Shown: positions 1-10,306, numbered from the stretch's first letter. The stretch is DNA of 64,000 bases from Candidatus Nanoarchaeia archaeon (GCA_028279045.1 JANQSZ010000016.1:6333-70332), one strand, 5' to 3'. The notes: generated by a model from the sequence alone, not told the origin. Program-made: numbers and translations.

Positions 1-172
1 GTAACATTCCAGAAGAAAACGTGTTAGGCGCGGCATGGGTTCGCGTGCCCCTATTAGGTTATGTCAAGATCTGGTTTGTTCAAATTGTTCAAGCAGGGAA
101 TTGCGTTGTTTCGCAAGGATTCGAAAAAACATGCGGGAACTGGCTGTTGTACGGTTCTCCGGTACGATAACA

Positions 173-496
173 ATGTTGTTTTGTCCAAAATGCGGCTCAA
201 TTTTGATGCCAAAGAAGCAAGATAAGAAACGTGTGATGGCGTGTTCATGCGGTTACGTAAACCGTAATGTAGAATCCGCTGCCGTCACCGAAGAGGTTCG
301 AAACGACAATTCAGAATTAGATATTATGGAAGAACAACAAGATTTGGAAACTCTTCCTAAAACTGAAACAGAATGTCCGAAGTGTGATGGTACAGAAGCG
401 CACTACTGGACTGTTCAAACACGATCTGCTGATGAGGCAGAAACTAAGTTCTTACGTTGTGTTAAATGCCAGCATACCTGGCGTGACTACGATTGA
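173..496 (+). CDS. tfs: Transcription factor S (TFIIS-like, RpoM paralog). An N-terminal Zn ribbon (CPKCGS...CSCG) and a C-terminal Zn ribbon (CPKCDG...CVKCQHTW) with the acidic RSADE loop are present. The likely start is the internal ATG at 173 rather than the ORF-track start at 35.
   Basis: Motifs read directly from the translation: two CxxC zinc ribbons and the TFIIS-type C-terminal ribbon TVQTRSADEAETKF. Confidence 0.8.
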   Translation: MLFCPKCGSILMPKKQDKKRVMACSCGYVNRNVESAAVTEEVRNDNSELDIMEEQQDLETLPKTETECPKCDGTEAHYWTVQTRSADEAETKFLRCVKCQHTWRDYD

Positions 497-508
497 CGTA
501 CAGAAAAA

Positions 509-3007
509 TTAACGTTTTCTCTCAAAGAATTGATCAAGATCTACTTTCTCAGCTTTCTTTTTTGGAGGTTCTTCGCTTTTTGATCCATGTAGGAATGCAA
601 TGATTCCGATTAGGATAAACACTCCAGCAATGATGTAATTCCTAAACGAGTTGAAGAAACCAGGTTCTTCAACAATAGGTTCCTCTGTTGGAACATTTAT
701 AGTCTCGCATCTTTCTGGTCCACCAACGAAGCAGCGACAATCATCTACCTCAGCATCATGATAGCAATCAAAAAAGTATGAGTCTCCGTCAGCTGTTTCT
801 GTACATTCGTATTCTGCAATGCACTCTTCATCAGGTGTTGGAGGTGCTTCAATTGTAACTTCTTCAACAATAGGCTCTGGTTCTTCTGGCTCAGACATCT
901 CTGGCTCTTCAGGTTCGACAACAGGCTCTGGCTCTTCGGGTTCAGTAACAGGAGTCTCTGTTTCTTCAGGTTCAACAACAGGCTCCGGCTCTGGTTCCTC
1001 AGGTTCAATCAAGTCCTCGATGGGAATAAGCGTGCTATTTTCTTCTTCTGAAGTAGTTCCCTGACCTTCAATAACAATATCAGCACAAGGACATTCTCCT
1101 CGGCATTCTACTTGTACATTAGCAACACTTGCAAAACAGTTATTGGTATATACTTCTCCATCCACTCCACAAACAGGATCATACTGTTGAGAACAAACAG
1201 TTCCATTCGGTCCTTCTTCTGTGAAACTTGGAGCAAAGTAAAAGTATGAGAGAGCAAGCGCGATCAGAATGATTGCGATAACACCAGCATAGACAAGAAC
1301 GTCGGCTGCGTTTTCATCCTTCTCTTTCTCTTCCTTTTTTGGTGGTTCTTCCTCAGTAAAAAAATCAATGAATGTGCTTTTGACAGAATCAAAAAAGCCA
1401 GGTTCTTTCTTCTTAGGTCTTTTTTTCTCAGCAGGCGGTAGGCTCTTCTCTTTCCGTAGTTCTGCAATTTGTTGGTGGAGAGAATCAATCTCTGATCGTA
1501 ATGAGTTCAAGTCTTGTTGTGATTCTGTCGAGAGGTTGTCTTGGATCTGCTTTATTTGGGACTGCGTTACGTACTCCGAAAAGTCAACTTCGTCTGTGGA
1601 GTGTTCAACATGCTCTGACAAACCAGATATTTTCTTTATTGATTCTTCGTGTGATTCGTCGACGTATGTTTTGTCTGCATACGTGTCTTTAATTTGCTCA
1701 AGGTCTTCCCGAATGCGTTTCAGTTCAGCAGAATCAATACTGCTTTGAACACCTTCCGAGCTTCCATCTTGAGGAAGATTGTTAATGATTTCGTTGACTT
1801 GTTCAACATCTCGTTGCACGCCAGCGATTGCACTCAGAAGTTCGTCTTTGACTTCTTCTGCGTATTGACGAGCTTGTTCATCATCTGGCGCACTTGCCAT
1901 GGTTTCGTCCATGCGATCAAGTGCTTGTTGCACGCCTTCTAAGTCTGCACGAATGTCACCTGTTGCTTCATCAACAAGCTGTTTGTGATCTTGCTTAATT
2001 TCTGCAATCGATCTGATTTTATCAATTTCATCTCTGAGTTCATCAAATTCTTTTGCGTCAGGACCATAGTATTCCTGTTTTCCGCTCTGCAATTCTTTAA
2101 TTTCTTCTCGAAGATCCTCAATTTCTCCTGCAGAACCGCTCGAACGGAGTTCGCGTACATCGTCCATCAACACGTCAATGTCTTTTCGCAAATCATTGAG
2201 CGATACATTGAGGTCCTTAGCAGCGTCGTCAACGTATTTCTTGTCAATAATATCTGCATCGAGATCTGCAATATCGTTTCGCAGCTTTTCGATTTCCTTA
2301 GAATAGTCAGTTTGCTTGCCGCTCGAAGCTTTGTCAACATAATCTTTGTCTGCAGCCGCTTCTCGCAAGTCATGAAATTCGTCTTGCAGCTTCAAAAGAT
2401 CCGCGCGGGTTGTTTGTATATCGCCCTCAGATTTCTGAAGTTGCTTGACATCGTCTTTCGTGTTTGATTGTGCTTCTTGGATATCTGCAATGTTTCTCTC
2501 GACGGTAGAAAGTTGTTTGTTAAGTTTGTCAAGTGTGGGTTGCAGTTGCTTTTCTGCGTCTGCTTTGTCAAATTCGCTATGAAGTTTGTTCAATTCTTTC
2601 GCAAGCGACTTCATTTCTGTTGTCAAATCCTTGCGAGTAAGCGAATTCTCTTTTAGTGTGTCGAGTTGCTTCTGTAATTGTGATATTTTCTTAACATCAG
2701 CAGTATCAGCGCGCAGTTTCTTGATTTCTGCGTTCAGGTTTTGCTGTTTCTCTCCCACAGCAGTTTCAAAATCATCCTGAGATTGAACTGTGGCTGTTCT
2801 TTTCTCAAGTGCATCGAGTTTAACATCAAGATTCTTGAGAAAACGATAGAATTCATCTTTCGAGGTAGATGCTTGTGCATCAGAAGATAGCTGTTCAATG
2901 CTCAGTACATTACGATTGATACTTCGCTTCAGATCGTTTATGTCTTTTCTAACATTAGCAAACGCATTTCTAAGTGCTCGTTCACGCTCAGCGGTAATAC
3001 CCACCAC
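509..3007 (-). CDS. Two-pass membrane protein. It has a cytoplasmic coiled coil of about 540 aa and an extracellular region with a Kazal-type domain (PVCGVDGEVYTNNC), an EPEEPEP repeat and a Cys-rich module, then a second TM helix and a short K-rich tail.
   Basis: Heptad-like K/L/D/E-rich sequence. Two hydrophobic helices (VLVYAGVIAIILIALAL, YIIAGVFILIGIIAFL). Kazal signature C-x-PVCG-DG-Y-N-C between them. Confidence 0.6.
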   Translation of the reverse strand: MVGITAERERALRNAFANVRKDINDLKRSINRNVLSIEQLSSDAQASTSKDEFYRFLKNLDVKLDALEKRTATVQSQDDFETAVGEKQQNLNAEIKKLRADTADVKKISQLQKQLDTLKENSLTRKDLTTEMKSLAKELNKLHSEFDKADAEKQLQPTLDKLNKQLSTVERNIADIQEAQSNTKDDVKQLQKSEGDIQTTRADLLKLQDEFHDLREAAADKDYVDKASSGKQTDYSKEIEKLRNDIADLDADIIDKKYVDDAAKDLNVSLNDLRKDIDVLMDDVRELRSSGSAGEIEDLREEIKELQSGKQEYYGPDAKEFDELRDEIDKIRSIAEIKQDHKQLVDEATGDIRADLEGVQQALDRMDETMASAPDDEQARQYAEEVKDELLSAIAGVQRDVEQVNEIINNLPQDGSSEGVQSSIDSAELKRIREDLEQIKDTYADKTYVDESHEESIKKISGLSEHVEHSTDEVDFSEYVTQSQIKQIQDNLSTESQQDLNSLRSEIDSLHQQIAELRKEKSLPPAEKKRPKKKEPGFFDSVKSTFIDFFTEEEPPKKEEKEKDENAADVLVYAGVIAIILIALALSYFYFAPSFTEEGPNGTVCSQQYDPVCGVDGEVYTNNCFASVANVQVECRGECPCADIVIEGQGTTSEEENSTLIPIEDLIEPEEPEPEPVVEPEETETPVTEPEEPEPVVEPEEPEMSEPEEPEPIVEEVTIEAPPTPDEECIAEYECTETADGDSYFFDCYHDAEVDDCRCFVGGPERCETINVPTEEPIVEEPGFFNSFRNYIIAGVFILIGIIAFLHGSKSEEPPKKKAEKVDLDQFFERKR
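868..1012. repeat. In-frame tandem repeat (unit about ggctctggytcttcwggytc) encoding the EPEEPEPVV repeats of the Kazal-domain protein.
   Basis: Repeated GGCTCTGG(C/T)TCTTC units are visible in the nucleotide sequence. Confidence 0.5.
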
Positions 3008-3068
3008 CCCAAATTGTATTTATTCTTGAGTGACATCTAACTATTTATACTTTTCGATGGTGACTGGT

Positions 3069-4220
3069 TTATTGTCGTACCTTAGCAAGGGCGGCAATAC
3101 CCGGAAGGGTTTTACCAGAAAGAAATTCCAACATCGCTCCACCGCCGGTAGAAACGTGGCTCATTCGATCAAGAACACCTGCTTGCGATGCAGCAGCAAG
3201 CGAATCTCCGCCACCAACGAGCGTTGTTGCAGAAGATTCTGCAATCGCATCAGCAAGTTGCAGTGTTCCATCAGCAAAATTGCTCATTTCAAACGCACCC
3301 ATCGGTCCGTTCCACACAATGGTCTTTGCTTCTGCAATGAGACGCGTGAATTCATTGATAGAGTCGGGCCCAATATCCAGCCCAATCTTATCAGCAGGAA
3401 TACTATCAACAGAAACTACACTTTTTGGTGAGTTATTGTCAAATTCATCTGCTATAACAACATCACTCGGCAGAACAAGCTTCTCATTTCCAAGCGCTTG
3501 TTTCGCTTCGCCCACAAATTCATCATCAACAATACTCTTTCCAATTTCTTTTCCATCTGCTTTGTAGAATGTGAAAATCATTGCGCCACCAACAAGAACA
3601 TTATCCGCATTATCCAGCATATTATTAATCAACGCAATCTTTGTTTCAAGCTTTACACCGCCGAGGATTGCGATAAACGGTCTCTCAGGATTTTCTAGCA
3701 ATTTACCCAGTGAGCGTACTTCTTCTTCCAATAAAAATCCAGCGCAGCTCGGAATGTGTTGTTGAATTTGCGTTAGTGTTGCGTAGTTACGATGGCATTG
3801 TCCGAAGGCGTCCAACACAAAAATATCAGCGTATTCAGATAGTTTCTTGCCGTATTCAGGATCGTTATCCCTTTCCCCGGGTTCAAACTGCACGTTTTCT
3901 ATCATAACGATGAGGTCATCAGGTAACTCCCCTAGCACAAAGTCAACTTTCTTGACATCTTCTGCAAGTAGTTCTGAAAGGCGTTGCGCAACAGGAGTTA
4001 CTCTCATTTCTTCCACAACTTTTCCTTTCGGTCGTCCTAAATGTGTGCAAATGATGAGCTGTTTCACTCCTTGTTCGAGAATGTGTTGAATCGTTGGCAA
4101 GGTTCGAAGCAGTCGTTGATCGTCTGCAACCTTGCCATCCTTAATCGGTACGTTAAAATCAGCTCGGAGCAATACTTTCTTGCCGTTGAAGTCCATGTCC
4201 TTCAGGGTGTTAAATTCCAT
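3069..4220 (-). CDS. pgk: Phosphoglycerate kinase.
   Basis: N-terminal KKVLLRADFNVP...HLGRPKG and a C-terminal PGK fold; full length is 383 aa. Confidence 0.9.
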   Translation of the reverse strand: MEFNTLKDMDFNGKKVLLRADFNVPIKDGKVADDQRLLRTLPTIQHILEQGVKQLIICTHLGRPKGKVVEEMRVTPVAQRLSELLAEDVKKVDFVLGELPDDLIVMIENVQFEPGERDNDPEYGKKLSEYADIFVLDAFGQCHRNYATLTQIQQHIPSCAGFLLEEEVRSLGKLLENPERPFIAILGGVKLETKIALINNMLDNADNVLVGGAMIFTFYKADGKEIGKSIVDDEFVGEAKQALGNEKLVLPSDVVIADEFDNNSPKSVVSVDSIPADKIGLDIGPDSINEFTRLIAEAKTIVWNGPMGAFEMSNFADGTLQLADAIAESSATTLVGGGDSLAAASQAGVLDRMSHVSTGGGAMLEFLSGKTLPGIAALAKVRQ

Positions 4221-4259
4221 GTATTGCTAAGAAAATACAAGGTATAAAAATATTGTGGG

Positions 4260-5222
4260 CTATGCAAATGATTCCATTATCCTTCTGTGGTCTTCTATAG
4301 CTACCCTGAATGTCGGTGAATATATCGGAGGTAAGTCCGGATGTCGAACTTCTGGTCGCATATCATCAGCATCGTCGTATGGTGAACTGATGTCTGCCAA
4401 AGGAAATGCCTGATAAAAAAGATTCAGTACTTGACCAGTGATTTTTTTGACATCTTCTTTTGATTTTTGCCCTGGAAGGCGAAGATACTCGGGGCTGCCA
4501 GCTTTAGCACTTGTAAAGTAGATGCCTGCTACTGCATCTTTTAACAAAGTGTGGGCAGTATCCATGTGCCATGTCGCACGTTCTTCATGAATTTCAGCGA
4601 TGTCTGCGAGGTGCGAAGGAAGTGTTAAACCGTATTTTTTAGCTCCTGAATCTTGAGTGCTTGTTTTACCAGTAAACCCTATTCCGAGCAGGTTGAGAAT
4701 TCTGCCGACAGGAGCGCCACCACGAGACAAGCGTTGATTTTGGGTGCCTCCTTGAGGTTTTTGTGGGTACCGCTGAAGTTTTTGTCGCACATGTCTGTGA
4801 GAGGGTATGTCAAGGCCGTTATCATGAAAAACAACGCTATAGTAAGGTGTCATTCCGCCGCCAAGAGCAAGGACAACTGACAATAGTGAAAGTTCAGAGA
4901 ACGTTGAATCTTTGTAGCTAATTGGAAAAGAAATATTTAACTCATCGAGCAGTCGGAGTCCGAGGACGCTGTCAGGAGCTCTGTGGGGGTGTTGGTCGTA
5001 GTTTTGTGTGGTTTTGTCAGGAAGTTCGTCTATGCGTGTAACATCAAATCTCTCATCTGCTCCAAGTAAAGATTCAAGTCGTTCTTCTCTGTGATGAAGA
5101 AAGTTCAGTCCCCAGTTATGAACAGTGCGGCCAGCATCATAGGTATTGATAAAATCCACTACTGATACTGCAGTTCGTTCTAACGGATCCAATTCCATGG
5201 AAGAAGAAGTGTTCAGCTTCAA
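4260..5222 (-). CDS. Conserved hypothetical protein (320 aa) sitting between pgk and gap. I could not assign a family.
   Basis: Long ORF with coding-like composition, tightly packed between two glycolytic genes. Confidence 0.5.
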   Translation of the reverse strand: MKLNTSSSMELDPLERTAVSVVDFINTYDAGRTVHNWGLNFLHHREERLESLLGADERFDVTRIDELPDKTTQNYDQHPHRAPDSVLGLRLLDELNISFPISYKDSTFSELSLLSVVLALGGGMTPYYSVVFHDNGLDIPSHRHVRQKLQRYPQKPQGGTQNQRLSRGGAPVGRILNLLGIGFTGKTSTQDSGAKKYGLTLPSHLADIAEIHEERATWHMDTAHTLLKDAVAGIYFTSAKAGSPEYLRLPGQKSKEDVKKITGQVLNLFYQAFPLADISSPYDDADDMRPEVRHPDLPPIYSPTFRVAIEDHRRIMESFA

Positions 5223-5231
5223 TTTTTAAAT

Positions 5232-6275
<1,044 letters not shown>

Positions 6276-6314
6276 TTAAATAGCGTGTCCGCCGCGAGTG
6301 GTATAGGTGATGAT

Positions 6315-6572
6315 ATGTATAGAATGGTCCCACTTCCAAGCACGTTCATGATCACATCTATTCTGGGCCTTATGGTTGTTATTCCGTTTACGATTTCCGG
6401 CAAGATAGAGGCAAGCTTGGGTTTTGCCTTTGCGATTGTTTTCGGAATGATGTTCATCGCTTCCTTGATTTCCATTACTCCTTCAAGCGGACCTGGTCCT
6501 GACACAATGGGAGAAGATGAAGCAAGAGAAGTTGAAAAACGAGTGAAGAAAAGAGTTTCTAAACGGCGCTAG
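6315..6572 (+). CDS. Small two-TM membrane protein (hypothetical). The start was trimmed to avoid overlap with gap.
   Basis: Two hydrophobic helices; the C-terminus is K/R-rich. Confidence 0.35.
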   Translation: MYRMVPLPSTFMITSILGLMVVIPFTISGKIEASLGFAFAIVFGMMFIASLISITPSSGPGPDTMGEDEAREVEKRVKKRVSKRR

Positions 6573-6858
6573 CGTCGAACTTTTCTTTTGCTTTCTGTTC
6601 TTTGAAATATACGACGTGGCTCGCACGTTTTTCAAACAGTGCAATTGCTAAATTTACAACAGAAGTTTCAAACGGTTTCAGATCTTTTTCTTGTGCAAGT
6701 GATTTTGCATCTTCGATGCATTCTTTCATCACTTCAACATTTCGTTGACGGGCTCGCGCTTCCTCTGCATTTTCTTCTGCCGCTGTCAGCAGTGTTTCTT
6801 CCCATTTTGGATACGCAGATCCGGGCACGTCTCGAGGGAATCGCTTGCTAAACGTCAT
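6559..6858 (-). CDS. Hypothetical helical protein (99 aa).
   Basis: ORF only; no recognisable motif. Confidence 0.4.
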   Translation of the reverse strand: MTFSKRFPRDVPGSAYPKWEETLLTAAEENAEEARARQRNVEVMKECIEDAKSLAQEKDLKPFETSVVNLAIALFEKRASHVVYFKEQKAKEKFDASAV

Positions 6859-6937
6859 AAGGGTGGTATATGAATGAACTAGAAAAAGGTTTTGTTAAAC
6901 ACAAGCCTTAAAAATATAGATCCAGAGCCTTCTCTGT

Positions 6938-8842
6938 ATGAGATGGGCGATTCTCCTCGTGGTTTTATTAGCTCTTCCTAGTATTCACGCTCTTGAAGAC
7001 GGGCAAATCAAGTTGCTCGCTGTATCTGATTTCGGTGATCGTCAAGTAGGAACGACAGCTGACTTATTTCTCCGTGTAGAACCCGGCTCAGGGGAAGTGT
7101 TTATTGAGTCACATCCAATAACAAGATTGGACACGCAAATATCAACACGTTTTGCAAACGAAGTTGTCTGCCAACAACTACAATTAGATTGCAATGAGTT
7201 TAATTTCTTTTACACTATTCAAGCAGAATCATCGATCATTGGCGGCCCAAGTGCAGGAGCTGCTGTTGCAGTTTTAACATACTCTGTTCTTGAAGAAGTT
7301 CCTGTTCCCGACACGGTTACTATTTCCGGAACAGTAAATTCCGGCGGGTTAATCGGTCCTGTTGGTGGTCTCGCGGATAAAATTAAAGTTGCCAGTGATG
7401 TTGGTGCAGAAAAAGTGTTGATCCCAACTGGCGAGCGATTCGTGAATTCTGAAAATCAAACGTTAGATCTTGTGCAATCTGCAGGAGATTATGATGTGGA
7501 AGTTGTCGAGGTTGCAGATATTTGGGAGGCAATTTCCCACGCTACAGATACCGTCGTTGAAAGAGAGGTGCGCGACATTACTCTTGACGACCGCTACACT
7601 GAAGTCATGTCTGAGTTAGCAACACAACTTTGCACTAATGCAGAAAGTCTAGAAGCAGAAATTACAGCAGACATGATGGACGATGAAGCATTTGAACGTG
7701 GGCAAAACTTGTTGATTCGCGGACAAAGTGCGTTTGAAAATCAAACACTTTATTCATCTGCAAGTTTCTGTTTCGGAGCAGGTATCCAGTACCGATTCTT
7801 ACTTTTGCAGGATGAAAACCTCACTATCGAACAGATTTTAAAGCAAGTCAACGAGCTGTATGCAGAACTTGACCAATTTGAATCATCATTACCAGAACCA
7901 GAAACCATTAGCGATGCACAGATTTTTGCCGTCGTGGAAGAACGTGTTCGGGAAGCTCGCGATCGATTGAATGCAACCGAAACAATCATCGAGCAGAACA
8001 AAGAGCAAGGCGTGTTTAATTTAGCGTACGCGTATGAAAGATTAAACAGCGCTGAAGCATGGTCTGAGTTCCTCGGACAATCTGGTCCTTCAGTTACAGA
8101 TCAACAATTAGCTGCAGCATGCGCATCAAAAATTGAAGAAGCACAAGAACGATATCAATACGGGCAATTATTTGTTACTCGAGACATTAGCACTGTACAA
8201 AACGGAATTATCCGTGCACAAGAAGATCAAGCAAATGGCGATTACGAAACATGCATCCTGCGTTCTGCAAAAGCGAAAGCAGAAGCAAACACATTCCTCG
8301 GCGTGTTCGGTGTTCGCCGTGACCGTTTGAGCGAAGTAATCGATCGGAAATTAGAAGTTGTGCAGCACGACATAGTAACGCAAAGCGAAGCTGGCACATT
8401 TCCCGTTGTCGGTTTTAGCTATTTTGAATATTCAAACAGTCTCAAAGAATCTGATCAGTTTTCATCGTTACTCTACGCAGAGTACGCCCTGGAATTAAGT
8501 AATTTGAATTTGGAAAAAGAGCATACACCTTCTGTTCCTTTAGATATCAGTTCTGATTCCGGATCAAGTATCGGCATCATTATTGTTATTGCAATCATTG
8601 GCGTAGCAATTATCATTCTCGGCATTCGCAGAACAAAGAAACAGCCTGCAAGGGTTCGTTCATTCAAACAAGTACGTCGCGCGTCAATTGGAAAAAAGCC
8701 AAAGAGAACCGCGAAACGAAAACCAGCAAGAAAAGTTACCAAAAAGGTTGCAAAGAAGCGAACAGCGAAGAAACGCACAGTAAAGCGAAAACCAGCCAAG
8801 CGAGTAGCCAAGAAACGGGCAGCAAAGCGAAAATCACGATAA
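6938..8842 (+). CDS. Secreted Lon-like (S16) serine peptidase domain protein. It has a signal peptide, an S16 proteolytic domain (GGPSAGAAVAV...VNSGGLIGPVGGLADKIKVA), a long helical region, a C-terminal TM helix and a lysine-rich AKK-repeat cytoplasmic tail.
   Basis: N-terminal signal MRWAILLVVLLALPSIHA. The GPSAG Lon catalytic-Ser motif is present. TM helix IGIIIVIAIIGVAIIILGI, followed by KRTAKRKPARKVTKKVAKKR... Confidence 0.75.
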   Translation: MRWAILLVVLLALPSIHALEDGQIKLLAVSDFGDRQVGTTADLFLRVEPGSGEVFIESHPITRLDTQISTRFANEVVCQQLQLDCNEFNFFYTIQAESSIIGGPSAGAAVAVLTYSVLEEVPVPDTVTISGTVNSGGLIGPVGGLADKIKVASDVGAEKVLIPTGERFVNSENQTLDLVQSAGDYDVEVVEVADIWEAISHATDTVVEREVRDITLDDRYTEVMSELATQLCTNAESLEAEITADMMDDEAFERGQNLLIRGQSAFENQTLYSSASFCFGAGIQYRFLLLQDENLTIEQILKQVNELYAELDQFESSLPEPETISDAQIFAVVEERVREARDRLNATETIIEQNKEQGVFNLAYAYERLNSAEAWSEFLGQSGPSVTDQQLAAACASKIEEAQERYQYGQLFVTRDISTVQNGIIRAQEDQANGDYETCILRSAKAKAEANTFLGVFGVRRDRLSEVIDRKLEVVQHDIVTQSEAGTFPVVGFSYFEYSNSLKESDQFSSLLYAEYALELSNLNLEKEHTPSVPLDISSDSGSSIGIIIVIAIIGVAIIILGIRRTKKQPARVRSFKQVRRASIGKKPKRTAKRKPARKVTKKVAKKRTAKKRTVKRKPAKRVAKKRAAKRKSR

Positions 8843-8871
8843 TTCTAGTCCGCTCACTAAGATGCGGAAAA

Positions 8872-8903
8872 CCCTGGCGCAGAACCGAAGCTCTGCGCTG
8901 GGG
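8872..8903. terminator. 12-bp stem-loop (CCCTGGCGCAGA-N8-TCTGCGCTGGGG) immediately downstream of the Lon-like gene.
   Basis: The inverted repeat was read directly; no U-tract follows, so a terminator function is uncertain. Confidence 0.3.
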
Positions 8904-9029
8904 AAAAAGAGGTGATATTACTACGGAGTAGTAGAAGTTGTATATAAATTTTTCTTAGTGATGTTATTTTATAGTAGTAAAAACAGCCATATCGATACGT
9001 ATTTATAAAGGCCAAGAGTAACTTTCCCT

Positions 9030-9518
9030 ATGTTATGCGTTGGATGTGGCTCCAGTACAGTAGTTCTCGACAACCTGTGTAAGCAGTGCTTTACCACTGC
9101 AATACACCGTAGAGTGCGCAAATGGGCCAAGCAACATGACCTTTTCCAGCCTAAGGAACCCATCTCCTTGCCAAAAGGGAATGATCTGGAAGCTGTTGCA
9201 ACCAGGGCTATTTTCGAGCATGCAATCAAAACACCTCACATCATTTCTGAAGAAGGCAAGCAGATCGAAGCCTGGTCTCTAGATCACGAATTGGAAGAGC
9301 GCTTAGCAGCAGTGCTGCGCAGCAAGCAACGTTCAAGCGGCACGCGATTGCTCACGTTTGTAACCCGCCAAGAAATGCGCGCATATTGCAAAGCACACAA
9401 TCTCAAATTTTCCGAACCAGCAGAAGACTCTGCAGAATCGAAATTAGTTAAACAACTTTGTCGCGATGACCCATCGCTCAAGTTTGGATTGCTAAAGAGT
9501 TTTGAAGTGTTTTCGTAA
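9030..9518 (+). CDS. Zn-ribbon protein whose N-terminus resembles the TtuA/NcsA-type zinc finger (CxxC...LCKQCF..IHRRVRK) but which lacks the SGGKDS PP-loop. Degenerate or repurposed.
   Basis: CVGCG...CKQCF N-terminal motif; no PP-loop anywhere in the 162 aa. Confidence 0.45.
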   Translation: MLCVGCGSSTVVLDNLCKQCFTTAIHRRVRKWAKQHDLFQPKEPISLPKGNDLEAVATRAIFEHAIKTPHIISEEGKQIEAWSLDHELEERLAAVLRSKQRSSGTRLLTFVTRQEMRAYCKAHNLKFSEPAEDSAESKLVKQLCRDDPSLKFGLLKSFEVFS

Positions 9519-9572
9519 ACTTTCCGATTTTTTCTACCGTGACTTTTTAGTTTCACAATAATCGCAAACAAC

Positions 9573-10031
9573 ATGCGATACATCATTCTCCTACTACTCC
9601 TAACAAGTTGCACCCAAGTAGATTCGTACTTCTGCCCCGACGATAATTGCCACGAGGCAATCATTCACGAGCTAGAAAACGCAGAGGAAGAAATTCTGTT
9701 CGCAACATATTCTTTTACTCATCCAGCGATCGCAGCCGCAGTCATCAAGAAACAAAAAGAAGGCGTCCACGTCCAAGGTGTCATTGACCAGTCATACTAT
9801 TCCAAACTTGATCATTTCCAATTTCAGAACATCGACGTCATCCAAGATACGAAACAAGGACTCATGCATCACAAGTTCTGGGTGATCGACAACAAAATTG
9901 TAATCACCGGCAGCATGAACCCAACGAAGAACGGCGCTGAGAGAAATAGAGATAACATTGTAATTGTAAAAGACAACGCTATCGCTAGTCGCTATCGTGA
10001 AAATTTTCAAAAGATTATTATACGCGAATAA
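9573..10031 (+). CDS. Secreted phospholipase D-family (Nuc-like) nuclease with a single HKD motif.
   Basis: Signal/lipobox-like N-terminus MRYIILLLLLTSC. HxK(x4)D(x6)GSxN motif: MHHKFWVIDNKIVITGSMNPTKNG. Confidence 0.75.
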   Translation: MRYIILLLLLTSCTQVDSYFCPDDNCHEAIIHELENAEEEILFATYSFTHPAIAAAVIKKQKEGVHVQGVIDQSYYSKLDHFQFQNIDVIQDTKQGLMHHKFWVIDNKIVITGSMNPTKNGAERNRDNIVIVKDNAIASRYRENFQKIIIRE

Positions 10032-10044
10032 TCCAAAACAGACC

Positions 10045-10284
10045 ATGAATCAATACATACACATTTTCTTGGTTGGCGTAGCAATTCTAGTTGGCGCGAT
10101 CATCATCAACATCATCGCCTCCGCTATCGGGTTGTCAACCTGGTTCAAGTTTGCGCAAGACTTGCAAGCAAACGGCTTTGCAGCAATAACCCAGCAGAGC
10201 ATCTTTTCCCTGCTCTACCTATTCATTGTCTACCCTGCCGTGCTCGGAGCACTGGGCTATTTCTCAACGAAGCTGCTTTCATAG
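10045..10284 (+). CDS. Small two-TM membrane protein (hypothetical).
   Basis: Hydrophobic helices; the start was chosen at an internal Met to avoid overlap with the nuclease gene. Confidence 0.35.
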   Translation: MNQYIHIFLVGVAILVGAIIINIIASAIGLSTWFKFAQDLQANGFAAITQQSIFSLLYLFIVYPAVLGALGYFSTKLLS

Positions 10285-10306
10285 TTGAGGCCATCTCAAT
10301 TAACTT

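Noticed and set aside
1368-2780. Several 60-160-aa ORFs on the plus strand (1368-1748, 1985-2467 and others).
   Set aside because: They are antisense to the 832-aa coiled-coil/Kazal gene. Low-complexity coiled-coil coding sequence typically leaves spurious reverse-frame ORFs.
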